A program made the position numbers and the translations under genes. Below are positions 26,035 to 38,797 of a DNA stretch of 64,000 bases, piece after piece. The notes beneath the pieces were generated by a model, which was not told the origin of the DNA, searched no databases, and saw only the letters and a list, made by a program, of their open reading frames with translations. The DNA is from Eutreptiella sp. 'Long Island Sound 2002' (taxonomy: Eukaryota; Protista; Euglenida): the NCBI GenBank assembly GCA_964036045.1, contig OZ038378.1, forward strand, positions 94,674,001-94,738,000, read 5' to 3'. Position 1 is the first letter of the stretch, and the number at the start of each line of letters is the position of its first letter.

Positions 26035-29000
26035 CACACACATGCACACACACGTTTTGATGTAGGCACGGGCACTGTGGGGCTGCCCTCCCTTCAAGCG
26101 TTGGTGCGGGGGGGCGGGGGGGCTGTGCTTTTGTCACACATTTTTCAGGGGGGCTTGAGAACTACCTTGGGGGGGGGGGTTTGAACTTAGGGGTCTGGGA
26201 GGGTGTTCTTTTCTTTGTTTCACAGGTGGTTTTTTATTGGATTTTGTTGATATTCGACTGACAAACTGCAATTTCAGGTTGCACGTTTGCCATGCATTGC
26301 TGTGCAGTGTTGTGGTGCGTTGTGGTCTGGTTAGGTGTAAATGGTGTGGTGTGTTGTGTTGTAGTCCGTTGTGGTGTGTGATCTACTATTGTGTGATGTG
26401 GTGTGTAGTGGCGTTGTGTGTTTTGTTGTGGTCACATGAGGTGCGCTGTGGTGTGGTGCGGTGTCATGTGCTGTGGCCTCCTGTCATGTGGTGTGGTGTG
26501 TTGTGGTGTGCCGTGCTGCGCTGTGGTCTGTTGTAGTGTGTGATTGGCTCTGGTGTGTTGTACTGTGTGGGGGGGGGGGGGGGGTAGTGTGTTGTGGTCA
26601 CATGACGTGCGCCGTGGTGTGCTGTGTTTTCATGCGGTGTGGTTGGTGTGGTTCGTTGAATGGTGTGTTGGTTGCTTGGCAGGTTGGGTTATTGGGCCGC
26701 TCGTGTTATTTGTTGGGTGTTTAGCCGGTTGGGGCATGCTCCAACCCGTGGTGTGTGCTATGGTATGCTGTTGTATGCTCTCTGATGTCATGTGTGTGGG
26801 TACACATGTATCTGGTGCCATTGCAAGGGAGGGGGGGGGGCTGATAAGCGGCTACCTTTTTTGTTCCAGCGGCGTTCTAGGGAATTGTTCTAGGAGCGTT
26901 CTACAGCGCTCTAGCGGCCCACTAGACCGCCGCTAGAACGCCGCTAGAACAGTTCCCGGGAATGCCCCTAGAACCAAAAAAAAGTAACTTCTTACCAGCC
27001 CCCCCCCCCTCCCTTGGAATGGCAGCAAATACGTGTGTACCCACACACATGACATCACAGAGCATACAACAGCATACCACAGCACACACCATAGGGTGCA
27101 TACACCCCACAACATTCTCCAACCGGCTAAACACCCATCCAATAACCCAAGTTGCCAAACAACTCAACGTAGCTACACATAACACACACCACAACAAACT
27201 AAAACACAGTGTCATGTGGTGTGGTGTGGTGTGGTAGGGTATCGTGCGATAGGGTGACCTATCCGGTTGGTTGAATTGTGTGTTGGTTGCTTGGCAAGTT
27301 GGGTCTTTTGGCAGCTTGGGCTCTTTGTTGGGTCTTTGGCCTGCTGGGGCATGTTGTGTGGTGTCCGCACCCTGTGGTGTGTGGTGCTGTATGCGCTTGT
27401 ATGCTCTTTGATGTCATGTGTGTGGGTAGCCATGTAATTACTGCCATTGCAAGCGAGGGAGGGGGGATAAGAAGTTACTTCTTTTGTTCTTGCGGCGTTC
27501 ACCGGAATTGTTCTAGCGGCGCTGTAGCGCTCTAGCGGCCGCTAGAGCGCCGCTAGAACAGCGCTAGAACGCCTCCCTAGAACGCACCTAGAACAAGAAT
27601 AGTAACTGCTTATCAGCCCCCCCCCTTCCCTTGGAATGGCAGTAATTACATGGTACCTACAAACATGACATCACAGAGCATACAACGGCATACGGCACCT
27701 AACACCACAGGGTGCAGAAACCTCAAAGCGTGCCCCAACCAGCCAAACACCCAACAAACAACCCAAGCTGCCAAACAACCCAACCTGCTAAGCAACCAAC
27801 ACACCCTTCAACCGATCACATAGGCAACCCTATCGCACGATACCCCACCCCACCACACCACACCGCACCACATGACACCAGACCACACCACATGACACCC
27901 GACCGCACCACATGACAACATAGCACACCACAGGGCACATCATGTGACCAAAACACACTACCCCCCCCCCCCCGCACAGTACAGCACACTACAATAGATC
28001 GCACACTACAGTTGACCGCAGCACACCACAACACACCACACTACATGACACCACTTTACACCTTACGGGACCACAACACACCACAACACTGCACAGCATT
28101 GCATGGCATACCTGCAACTTGAAATTGAAGTTTGTCACCTGAATATCCAAAAAATCCAATAAAAAAACCACCTGTGAAACAAAGAAAAGAACACCCTCCC
28201 AGACGCCTGAGTTCAACCCCCCCCCCCGCACAATGTAGTTCTTGAGCCCCCCCTAAAAAATGCGTGACAAAAGCAAAGACCCCCCCCCCCCCAACCAACG
28301 CGTGAAGGGAGGGCAGCCCCACAGTGCCCGTGCCTATGTCAAAATGTGTGTGTGCATGTGTGTGTGTGTGTGCGCGCACATATGACTACACATGTACCAA
28401 ATGTGATGGTTTCTATGTGTCTATGTGACATGGAACCCCCCTCCTTCCCACATTTGTGTCTTTTACTTGCCAAATGTGTGTTCATGTTTTTGTTCCAGCC
28501 TCGTTCTAGGGAAGCGTTCTAGCGACGTTCTAGCGCCGTTCTAGCTGGGCGGCGCTAGAATAGCGCTAGAACGTTACTAGAACGGTTTTTTGTGCTTGTT
28601 GAATTTCAGGTCAAAAATGTGTTTTTCTGAAAAACAAGGTATGGATCCCCTAGTATGGTAACAGGGGTCCAATTTGCACCCTTCATACCCCCGCCCCCCT
28701 ATGCCCATGGGTCGGGGCAACCACTACTTTTTTTCGTTCTAGCCACTGTAGCGGGTTCTAGGCTAGAAGGACGTTGGGTCTTCTAGCGTGCACCAAGGGT
28801 TAGAGCCTTCACCGTCATGATCCCAACCGTGGCAAAATCAAAAATATGTGTATCGCTTCTTGACAGCATCTTTTGAAATGCCATGATCATGTCACCTCAT
28901 GAGCATGTGACATAGTCTGTACAATGGCGCAACTTCTTGAAGAGTCATCTTTGGAAACTTGGCATGGTTATGATTCAGAATGCAGAACCAAAAGGCTCAT

Positions 29001-30599
29001 GTTTAACTTTTGTGAAGATGTGCTTGGAGCTACGTGTAGGACGGAGCACGCATCGGTCAATTCAAGAACTTGAACACGACATCAATAGTAGTAGTTGGTG
29101 GCCTGTTGATGTTGCAAAGCATTTGTTCAACATATGGACGGCCATGCACACTCGGGCTGCTGTGAAGAGTCGCCACCCGGTGGAGCATGTCCTGCAGGGT
29201 TACCGCCAGAAAGGGTGCATCTTGCCGCACGGAGGCTTGCAGCAATGCACGGTGAAACCGTTGCAAGAAAGGGCATGTGAAACTGCTGCTTTTGTGTGGA
29301 CCAAATGTGATCATCACGCTTCGTTTGTTGGGATGCACTCAAAGCAGAGGAACGTACCAGGCCCATTGGGATGCGGACATTGATTGTACTACTTTTGTTG
29401 TGTTACCGTTAATGGAATTGTTTCATTTTGATGGTCATCACAATCCGGCGCAGCTGGTTGACAGGGTGTATTTGTGCATTCGGCATCTGCAGCAAGCAAA
29501 CAATGACCTGACGACCGTACTACAGAATATTATCAATGGCACTGTGAACAAGAAGGATCTTCGAGTGTCTAGATGTGCGCAGACCGCAAGCAGAACCACC
29601 AAAGTGGAAATCCTTGTTGTTGACTTCACATCGCACATCTTTCAACGAGGAACTCGTTGCTATTGTGAGACTGTTGTGTGAGATACACGCCCACACAGGA
29701 CGTGCTTTACCTCTTTCTTGTGAATATGAAGGTGCACCTGTAGGTACTCATATTTCCGTACACTGTCAGGTCTGAAAAGTACAACATGCACCAAGTGAGG
29801 TTTTCTTTACCCATGCATTACGGCATTTGGCGCCCCTACAAGTACGTAGCAATTCTCATGTGGAGACAATTATATCCCATGTTCAATTGCCTTCTCAAAA
29901 TTTACCTAAAAGTAGGAGATGAGGTACTGTGTTACCGCTAGCTGGTTTATTTAGAGGAACTATTTGATGCAATCTTTTAGCCAGTCAATCAACGAAGGCA
30001 ACTGTGGACACCGCTGTGTGTTGTTTATGTTCTATTTAAGCCCCCACCACAAGTGACAGAGAGGTGATCGGCAAGATAAAAGTGTTGCAAACTCTGTCGT
30101 ACACGTATAGTCCTATTGTGTTCCACCTAGGGTACAATATGTGCTCTTGTACGTGAGATGGAAAGCAACAACACACGGGGAGTCAATCCAAAGGTGTTTT
30201 ACAACATTGTTTTACAACATTGTGTTATAGTAATGCGTGCGATGTATGGTACAGACTGCCTATGTACCTGCGCCCCACTTGGAAATGTGAAGTGGGCTAA
30301 GTGGTGTTTTTCAAGGGGTTTCATCTGAAAACGTGTGGCTTTCGGGGGTGGGTTGGGGTTTTGGAATGTCCCCAAAGGGATACCAATCCCTAGTCCAAGA
30401 CAATTTGACCGGGGTTTTTTTTTTCAACGGCTCAGTTGATTGAGCACCCCGACTACGCCGTCACTGAGCCGTCACTGAGCCGACTCACTTAGCTCTCACT
30501 TAGCTCTCGCTTAGCCCTCACTCAGGGCGCCAAATGGCTCACTGCGCGCTCACTGGGCGCTCACTGAGAGCTAATTGAGGGCTCACTGACGGCTTACTG

Positions 30600-32376
30600 A
30601 ACATGCACGGGCACAAATCTTCCATCATACGCACGTACTTGGCCCTTTGTCGCAATGCACGTTCCACAATCCTGCTCACCATGTTATCTCTCCCCTTCCT
30701 CTCCCGCCGGGCACGTGACCAAGTCATGCACCGGCGTTGGAACCCCCTTCGCTTGGTCAAAGCCCTACTCTCCACCTCCCAACCTTCCTTGCGGAGGTTA
30801 TCATCTAGTGTGTGGTTATCCACCACACACGGCAAGCCCGACTTGTTGTTCAGCAAGTTGACCCCCCACTATTCCTAAGCAGCCGCTTCAGTCGCACATG
30901 GTTGCGCTCGAATGCAAAGCAACTAAACTTTGCAATGGTCCCCCACCGTGCAACATACGCATACATGCAGTCAATCCACATGTGCGTCCACGAGGTCTTT
31001 TCCCATCCCAGTTCAAGGTGTCTTGCCCCCATGGTCACTTGGCGTTGCAGCAAGGCAGGTTGTTCTGCACCACTCAGAAAGTCGTCCTTCCAGGCCACCT
31101 CGGCCATGGCAGCAAACGCCTCCCACTATTCCGTGCACACATCAACCCATGGCTTGCCCCCCGCTTGATGGTTCCCGATTACCCGTGCAACCAGCGGCAA
31201 CGGTGGGCCCCACAACCGGGCCTTGACAAAGTGCGCAGCAGCTCCCTGCTCAATGCGCACTTGTCCTTTGGCACTTGCCATGTTCGCCCCCCACTTTCCA
31301 GGCCGCACCGTGCGGGCCACTTTCCGTGCCCCGTTTAGAACCCCCTGCACCATGGTAGCGGCACTCTTCCTAGATACTCCTCCATGGGTCAGGTGCACCC
31401 GCACAATTCCAAGGACTCCCGCAATGGCAACACGCATGACTCCATGCGCACCGAAGTGAGGAACACGGCGGTCCGCCGGGATGTCACGAAACACCCCGGT
31501 CCGACGTACATGGCCCTTTATTCCTTCCACGGCAACCTCTTGTCCCCCGAAGTTGCGCAAAACCGCTTCACGGTTTGCGCCGCAGCCGTGGCACACCATG
31601 GCCCCGGGGCTCTTCTTGGTGAAGCCGTCCCCGCCGGCCAGCACGATACGGGCCTTGCCATCGGCCCGGACGAAGAATAGGGGGCTGCGCGCCAGCCCAT
31701 CCGCATGTGTCAGTTGAAGGGCCGTAGCAGTGCGGAGCAGAGTATCGAAGTCACACTCCGATTGCATGTTGTACACCGTGGCCCACAGCTCGCTACACGC
31801 GAACAACCACCAACTGGCAAGCTGAGTGGGCCCAAAACCCGGAGGCCACGGCACACTGCACGTAGACCCGATTCCACTGGTTGGTGCCTCGCCGATGGTC
31901 ACCCAAGTGTTGCGCTGCGCGCCCGGTCGCAAAGGTTCCAGTGTGCGTACGGCTCGCGCTTCATACAGCAGGGCTAGGCGCTCGGCAAAATTGCAGTGTG
32001 CCCCTTGCATTTCGTACTGCGCCTCAAGGATACAAACCCGCTGGCTAGCGGGTTGGCTGAGGTGCTTCAGCCACGGGGCCACGTCGGCTCAGCTAACGGT
32101 GCTGTCCGATTCGGGCAGCAGGTAGGCCATGTCGCGGCGCGACACCTGGGAACTATGCATCCGCCACAGCACGGGCAAGGCCTCTGACTTGTTGTCAGGG
32201 TTGGTGTCTGTGGGCCGGCTGTAGTCCTCAGGGATTAGCAGAAAGCTACCATCGGGTTGGAGCTGAGCCCGATATTGCACACATAGGAAGGCCGCCACCA
32301 CGGCCACCAAATCCTCAAGCCGGGTTGCGCGCTGGCGCTGCGTCCCCAAAAGGAAAAAGGGACGTTTAGGTGGCAT
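30600..32376 (-). pseudogene. Element D transposase (CMC/EnSpm/Plavaka-like)
   Basis: FFVRADG..IVLAGGDG..VCHGCG..RRVPHFGAHGVMR..WTHMWIDCMYAYVARWGTIAKFSCFAFERNHVRLKRLL; the H...G....FER motif is typical of CMC-group catalytic Glu regions. One stop at 32089 and frameshifts. Confidence 0.75.
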
Positions 32377-32564
32377 TTTGTGTAGTACCTGTGGTATAGG
32401 TGTAGTGCCACATGCGCTCCTCGTGCTTGCGGCAAAATTTACTCTGTTTATATTTTTTTGCTATCCCTCCCAACTATTTCCCCTTGATTGTTGTCCCTTT
32501 CTAGCCCCCCTACCCCTTGCCCCCGCAGGATTCACACTTCGTGTCGGGGTGGGATAATAGGGTT

Positions 32565-32720
32565 GCACCAGGGTGTTTGTCCCATCCCCCCCCCCCCCGG
32601 GGATGCCTCCAAGGTGTTTGTCCCATCCCGCCTTCCCCCCCGAGATGCCGCCAGGGTGTTTGTCCCATCATCCCCCCCTGCCCCCGAGGGTGCCTCCAGG
32701 GTGTTTGTCCCATCCTGCTG
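32565..32720. repeat. Short tandem repeat ccagggtgtttgtcccatc x4 (~42-bp period)
   Basis: Copies near 32568, 32610, 32651, 32696. Confidence 0.8.
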
Positions 32721-33789
32721 CATCACCCCCAGTCCCATTGTCCCCTCCCCCCCCCCTGCGGCTGATCCTGTAATATGCGCTGCAGCCCCCACCTCGCCAC
32801 AGCCATGGCACTGACCCTGTTTTCCGTCACTAGTGGGAATTGGCCTATCCCCCCTCACCCCCTGCCCACAACCACCAGTTTGTGGCGGCCAACGGTCAGA
32901 CTTAGGCGGCTCAAGTTGCATGGTCAAAAACGAAGGAGAAGGTAGGAAAATGACAGGTTTCCAAAGGCATCAAAAAATAGTTGTTTTGATGGATATTTGT
33001 AAACCGTCGCAAACAAGTATGGCGGAATAAATATTTCTATAAGAATGACGTGTCCCATGGGCGAGACAGGGAAAAGTATTGTTTGGTGACCATTCTTTGC
33101 GCGAGGCCTCGCGCAAAGACGTTCATTTGTGTCACATTAATGTGCTACAGCACGACGCATTAGGCAAGTTGTCGAAAAATGGAACCCTGTCGTATTTATA
33201 CACGTAACTTAGTACCATTATCAGGATTGCGTGATAGAGATGGATCTATTAACGAATAAACTGCAACAATGGTGTACCCAAGAATCTTGAAAAGTATAAA
33301 TGTTCCGGAACAAACTGCAGTTTCAAGCGCGAGGCCTCGCGCATGGAACGGCGCATGAGAAACATTAAAGTTTCGGTGATCATTGCGCGAGGCCTCGCGC
33401 AATGGATCTCATAAGCGCTCATAGAAACCAAAAATGGAACAGATCCACCAACTACACAGCATGTGCATTCCCTTGATGCGGCGCTGCTGCATGGGCGCCC
33501 ATACAGGTCCCGCCGGCATCTCCAGTTTTCATACTGTGGTCACCGCTGGCTTCGCTGCCCAACAGCGATGGTAGCGCGCCGCAACTGGCTACCGCAATCA
33601 GGATTAACTAGTCAAATGTGGGATCACCAGACAGTTACAGTTAACGGAAAATGGTGCATGCGACAAGCGAATCACAGAATAATTGGTCGCGCGAAAACTG
33701 TGTGACAGGTTGATGTTTCAAATCAAGAAAGTTTTTCAAACAGCGATCTTTACGTGGATACACATACGCAATTATTCTTCACAGCAACA

Positions 33790-35775
33790 ATGCCCCTGCG
33801 AAAAGAGGTGGACCTTGAGAAGACAGTGGCCGCAGCATCTGGAGTTTTCCGCGATGTCTGCTCAGAGGAACCGCCGTACCACACGGCTGAAGAACTGTGG
33901 GAAGGGCTAAAACAGGGGGACGAGGGCGCGCGATTGTTGTTTGTGTTTTTTCTGCGTCTGCGCAAAAATGAACGGACGCATTGCAGCGTTGAAAAGGCGA
34001 TTGCGGCAGAAGGCAAGAGATGGGTTGGTGTTTTGATAGAGGAGGCCTGGCGCCTTGATTTCCTGATGCGCCACCGCGCAGTTCCATACGAGGGAAAACC
34101 AAAGTCAGTTGTTGCGGTAGAGGGAAGTAGGGCGCAGCGTCGCATTTTAGCAAGGTCAGGTCTGGCGCGATAAAGCGCACCTTCGCTGAAGGAGAAGGCC
34201 GCAGTCAGGTTACAGACTACATGGAACAAAATACACCAACAGTGGGTTGTGTTGTGGATGGACAACTGGTAGAACAAACAGTTTACCACAAATCCTGACA
34301 AGAACGACAAAAGCCTGAACGCAACAGCGTTGGCTGTGTTGCTACTGAAAGATGCACCGCGCTACTGGCATGGTCATCCTAGCCTGGAAGAGCTTGAACG
34401 GCGTGTTCCTGTTGTTGCACGCATGCTAGGGAACACCGAGGGAACATTTGCACGTATCCTGCGTGATCTAGGATTTGCAAGCACGCGTCCTGTTGTTCGA
34501 AACATTAGGGCGCCGCTTGACATTATTCCCCCTGTACCTGCCAAGAAACCACATTGGCGACCCCTTTGTCTAAGTAAAGAAAACGTTAGCGGCAACGTCT
34601 CGCTGCTTAATCTATTGCAATTCACTAGGGACTTGGCGCAGCACACTCGACCAGTCGTGCCTGTTTTATGTGATGAGAACATCCATTACCGCATTTGTAA
34701 GATGATGTACGGTGAAAAAACAACGGGTTGGAATGTCCGGCTTTTCTTGCGGTCACACCCTATATTGTATGGTTTCTGCCACGCGTACAAGTTTTGCGTT
34801 ACACAAACATTTCGCTCATTTTGGCCGATCGTGACTTTCTTCCGTAAAGGTTTGTTGCGCAGCGGTGACAAAGTCCCCTGTTTTCCCAAGCTGATCACAA
34901 TGGAGATAACCGTTGGCGCACTGCTGTTGGGTATGGGCCCCCACATACGGCGCCTTAACAGAAAATGTCATTCCCTTGGGCTGGCACGTCCTGTAAATCG
35001 GCGAGGACGCCTCCGTTACGCTGTGTGTAAGGCCATAGAGGTTCTGTTAACACAATACTGTCCTATGTTACTATACCTAGGTCACCTCGTTAGACAGTGC
35101 AATTGGGCCGGGGAGACGGCCAACACGGGTGTTTTTGCTTCTGAGGGATTGCAAATTGTTATGTGTCTGTTAGACCGTTTGAACATGGGGGACACACTTT
35201 TAAAATACGAACGCACTGTTGCAACTGCGCTATTGTGCCACACTGCATGACACACAGCCATGGCTGGACAGGCTTTTGCCGAGGAGTTTTGTGAAAGTCT
35301 GCTTTCCAGCCTTGTGACAAAGAAGGGCCAAAACAGAGGTGCAGTAACCATTGAAGATGTTGACGATCTGTATCATCTCATCACTATCCGCAAAGAAGGT
35401 CACGGGGTGAACGTCTGCAAAATCCCCAATTCCTTTGTCAATTCCGTGCGTCAGCGGTTAACTGCTTACTTGAACGCAGAGCGTGTATATGTGCCTTGGG
35501 TTAGGTGGTGTGCTGAGCCTACTTGTACCATTCAGGCGCATTGGCCGCGCAGGGGTGTACCTAACTTTCCACCGTCTCTTCTAATTCCAAAGGGTTCTAA
35601 CCACTACAAACAGGTCCTTGTGTCTGTGTTGTTGGTGCTAACGCAGCAGGGGCCGCTTAAGGGTGGTTTTAAGCGAAAACTGTGGGAGCTGATCCCCCAG
35701 CGCAGTGTGTTGGAGGAACAGAGAGAGGCCGACACACTGCCAAACGTTCGAAGAAGATTGGAGAACATGCAGTGA
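33790..35775 (+). pseudogene. Element C DDE-like transposase (single frame, three internal stops)
   Basis: MPLRKEVD..VLWMDNW*..SLNATALAVL..RAPLDI..WRPLCL..LCDENIHYRI..LYGFCHAYKF..LVRQCNWAG..KYERT..FAEEFCESLLSSL; stops at 34171, 34270, 35248. Confidence 0.88.
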
Positions 35776-36010
35776 TGCGCTAGGCCTCGCGCAAACAGCA
35801 TGAAACAACAGGTTAGTACACCCCCTCTCTTGCGCGAGGCCTCGCGCAAGGTTGACAGTCAAAAGCAGTGCCCAGCCCCTTCAGTTTTGCATTCTCAACC
35901 ATACTGTACTCGTATTCGCTAAAATTGCCTCACATATGCATTATCGACGACGATTTTGACCCTTTTCAATGTTATGTTTCCTTCAATACAGGCTTTCTCC
36001 TTATCGCAGA

Positions 36011-38797
36011 ATGGCAAGCCCCGCCAAAAAAAACAACCGAGGAACGAGAAGATACCGACTATGACCCTGGGACCTCAGGATCGGAGGCTGGAACACCAAA
36101 GAAGGGGCGTAAGAAGAAGGAAAAACCAGATCCTGGCTTAACCTTGGGTACTAACATCGAGGACCACCTGAAACCGGATGGGAGGCAGGTGGAGGTTGAG
36201 CTGGACAACGTGAGAATCGACCAGGAGAAGACAAAGGGGCAGATTAGACGGAAAGATATGAAGTTACTGCAGAAGCGTATTGAGTGACTCGAAGCAGCAC
36301 CGCCAACAGGCCCATTACACGTCGTTCTCTGGGAAGATAATAGTATGTTGCCAACCGACTGTTCGCTCTTCTCGTTGCGCGAGCCCTCGCGCATGGACGT
36401 GTCTCATATTTGCAGATGGCGATTATTGGTGTGTATCTGGACAGCACAGTGTGGAAGCGATTGCGAAGATTCGGGAGAAGCGACGCACAGAGTGTCTGGA
36501 TCTGCAGCACTGGCATACTACATGCATCGCCGATATTCTGAAGCCTACGACACCGTGGGCCTTTCGTGCAAAGCTGGCGGGACAAGCACAAGGAAGCGCA
36601 CAAGACGTTGAGCCAATACCCCTGTATGAGGCAGCAGAAAACCTCATTCGATGTGTTGAAGATCAGCGGCAGCGAGGCCTGGCTGACACGTATAGCCATC
36701 TCAAGATCGCCATTGTGGATGCTGTGCAGATGAGTGCCCTGGTTCCAACCGCTGAACTGAAGCAGCCTGGTCAATTCGTATGTTCATTAATCGTTGTTTC
36801 GATGCTGTTCCTTGCGCGAGGCCTCGCGCATAACGTTGTCACTTTCAGGACAAAACGTATAAATTGTGGAAAGATTTTATGACGTTTGCCTACTATGCTG
36901 GTCCGGAAGCTGTGAAAGGTCTGCAGAAGTTCCACGACAAAGAGGAGAAAGTCACGAAGAACGCGCTGAAGAAACTGGACGGGATCCTGCTGCCGGAGTT
37001 CTACAAGAAAGTGGCAGAAGTGATGCAGGAAGAAAAAACAACCCTTAAATCCTTGCCGAATTCGATTGACGACATCATCCTTGACCAGTGGGTCTCAATG
37101 CATCTGGACCACCCGCACAACGGCCAGTACGTTCGACCTGAGAAAGGTGTGTACCATCGACGCGACGTGGGTTCCGCTTCTGCATTGGTGCGCCGCACTT
37201 TCTCCATTTCTGTTCTTTAGCCAAAGACATGCGGACCCGCAAAGAGGTTGCTGCACTTGGAAGGCCTGCCCTGAAGGTGACTCTTGGTACATGGGGCTAT
37301 TGGCGGGAACCTGAAGGCAAAAGTCGCGGTCCATGGCCGGCATGGAAATCCATGATTCGCGCACCACTGTGGCAGGTGGCAGAGAAAGGCAAACCCGCCT
37401 CCTTGAAAATCCTCAACGTCCAAAAACTCCTGGGTCAAGAGCCTACCAAGAGCCGTGTGGTCCCCCCAGCTGCTGGCGTTACTGGTGACTTCAAGACAGT
37501 GGAACAGCAGGATCCATTACTGTCAAGTCAAACTATCACAATTGAGGCGACCCGAATTGCAGCGTTGGCCCACGATCCCCTGAGGCGGTTTATTGAGATT
37601 GACAAGAACCTGATTGTCATCAACGGCGACATATTTGAACAACTTGCTCCTGAGATGATGTGCCCAGCCTGGCTGTATGAAGAGATGGCGCGTGCCGATA
37701 CCCTTATCTGCGGCTCTCAAACTGCTGTTGACAACATGTTCGACGTGCTGGAGACGGAAGCAGATAGGCGTCTCAACGATGATTTCAACGCGCCGCGCAT
37801 GGCTAACATGTTGCGTGTTCCCATCTTCAGTTGGCCAGTCAAACCGAAGCCTGCAGGGGATCCTACAACGTTTGACGTTCGCTGGTTGCTGATTTCGTCA
37901 CCGGAGAGCTGGCCGAGAAAGGTATAATTCCCTCATTACGTCCGCTCTTTGCGCGAGGCCTCGCGCAATAACTTCTCCCTCATTGCAACTTCCGAATTAT
38001 CTGACGTTTGGACCTACTCAAGTGAGGAGATGGATCCTGTTGAATTTGGCGGTCACCTTCCGATGACGACGGTTATGTGGTATTTCGACACTCACCTCTT
38101 TTACCTGAAGCAGGATAAGAGCTTCAAGCCTGCGTTTGTGTTCATTGACCATCAGCCGGATCTGGTGTGCAAGATCGCGTCCATCGAGCCGGATTCTCGC
38201 ATGTACCTTCTTGGTGTTACCTCCGACAATCTCTCCGATCGGGTCAACAGAGTGCAGACTCAATTGAACCACGTATTGACACAAGGGTCGAAACTGGACG
38301 TGTCTGGTGATTGGGAGCAGCAGGCCAACTGGTCAAACCGTGGTATTCCCCTTTGGGTTCGCGATGACAATGTGGGTTCTGATGCGTTGTCGCTGAAGGA
38401 GGAAGAGACTGTTGAGAAAGGTCAAGCTGCAGAAGCACTGGCCCCTGCAAAGCGGAAGTCTACTGGTGGGGAACCAGCCCCCAAGAAGAAGAGGACTGCC
38501 TCCAAGCCTCAGGCAGCGAAGTCGGTTACCGGTGCAGAATCCGACGAGAGCGATGGGGATGAAGAGGGGGAGAGCGAGGAAGAAGAGGAGGAGAAAGCGC
38601 AGGTCTCCCAGGGCAAGGCGGCGAAGAAAGTGGCAGCGAAGCCGAGGTCCGAGAAAACCGGGGCCCGAGCTCCATTCAAGCAGCGAGCCCGTCATTCCCA
38701 ACCAAGAAGCGAGCCCGCAAAGCCACCGCCTAAGGGTAAGACGTCCGTTGCTAAGGCATTGGGTTCTAAGATGCAAACTGTTCCGAAGAAAAAGTAA
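36011..38797 (+). pseudogene. Element C ParB-like / methyltransferase-like gene (5 exons)
   Basis: QVEVELDNVRIDQEKTKGQIRRKD..LHVVLWEDN|DGDYWCVSGQHSVEA..RAKLAGQAQ; WVSMHLDHPHN; IVINGDIFEQL..SDVWTY..LPMTTVMWYF..AFVFID..RMYLLGV. GT-AG introns at 36343-36415, 36778-36848, 37167-37220; a fourth starts at 37922 with a degenerate acceptor. Confidence 0.85.

Larger units (their letters stand above)
19500..28799 (+). mobile_element. E2: non-autonomous CCCTTGG-ended element (~2.9 kb net) interrupted by element B
   Basis: Left end cctttggtacacgctagaac at 19500; right end ctagcgtgcaccaaggg at 28799; TT on both flanks. Removing B restores the sequence seen uninterrupted at about 49880-49920. Confidence 0.85.

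Noticed and set aside
33790-35775. Alternative genetic code or programmed readthrough in TE ORFs
   Set aside because: TAA, TAG and TGA all occur, at non-homologous positions in different copies and alongside frameshifts; ordinary pseudogenisation explains them.
22623-38797. Bacterial plasmid or prophage insertion/contamination suggested by ParB-like genes
   Set aside because: The genes have GT-AG introns and lie within TIR/TSD-bounded elements nested among eukaryotic repeats; no ParA or phage genes were seen.
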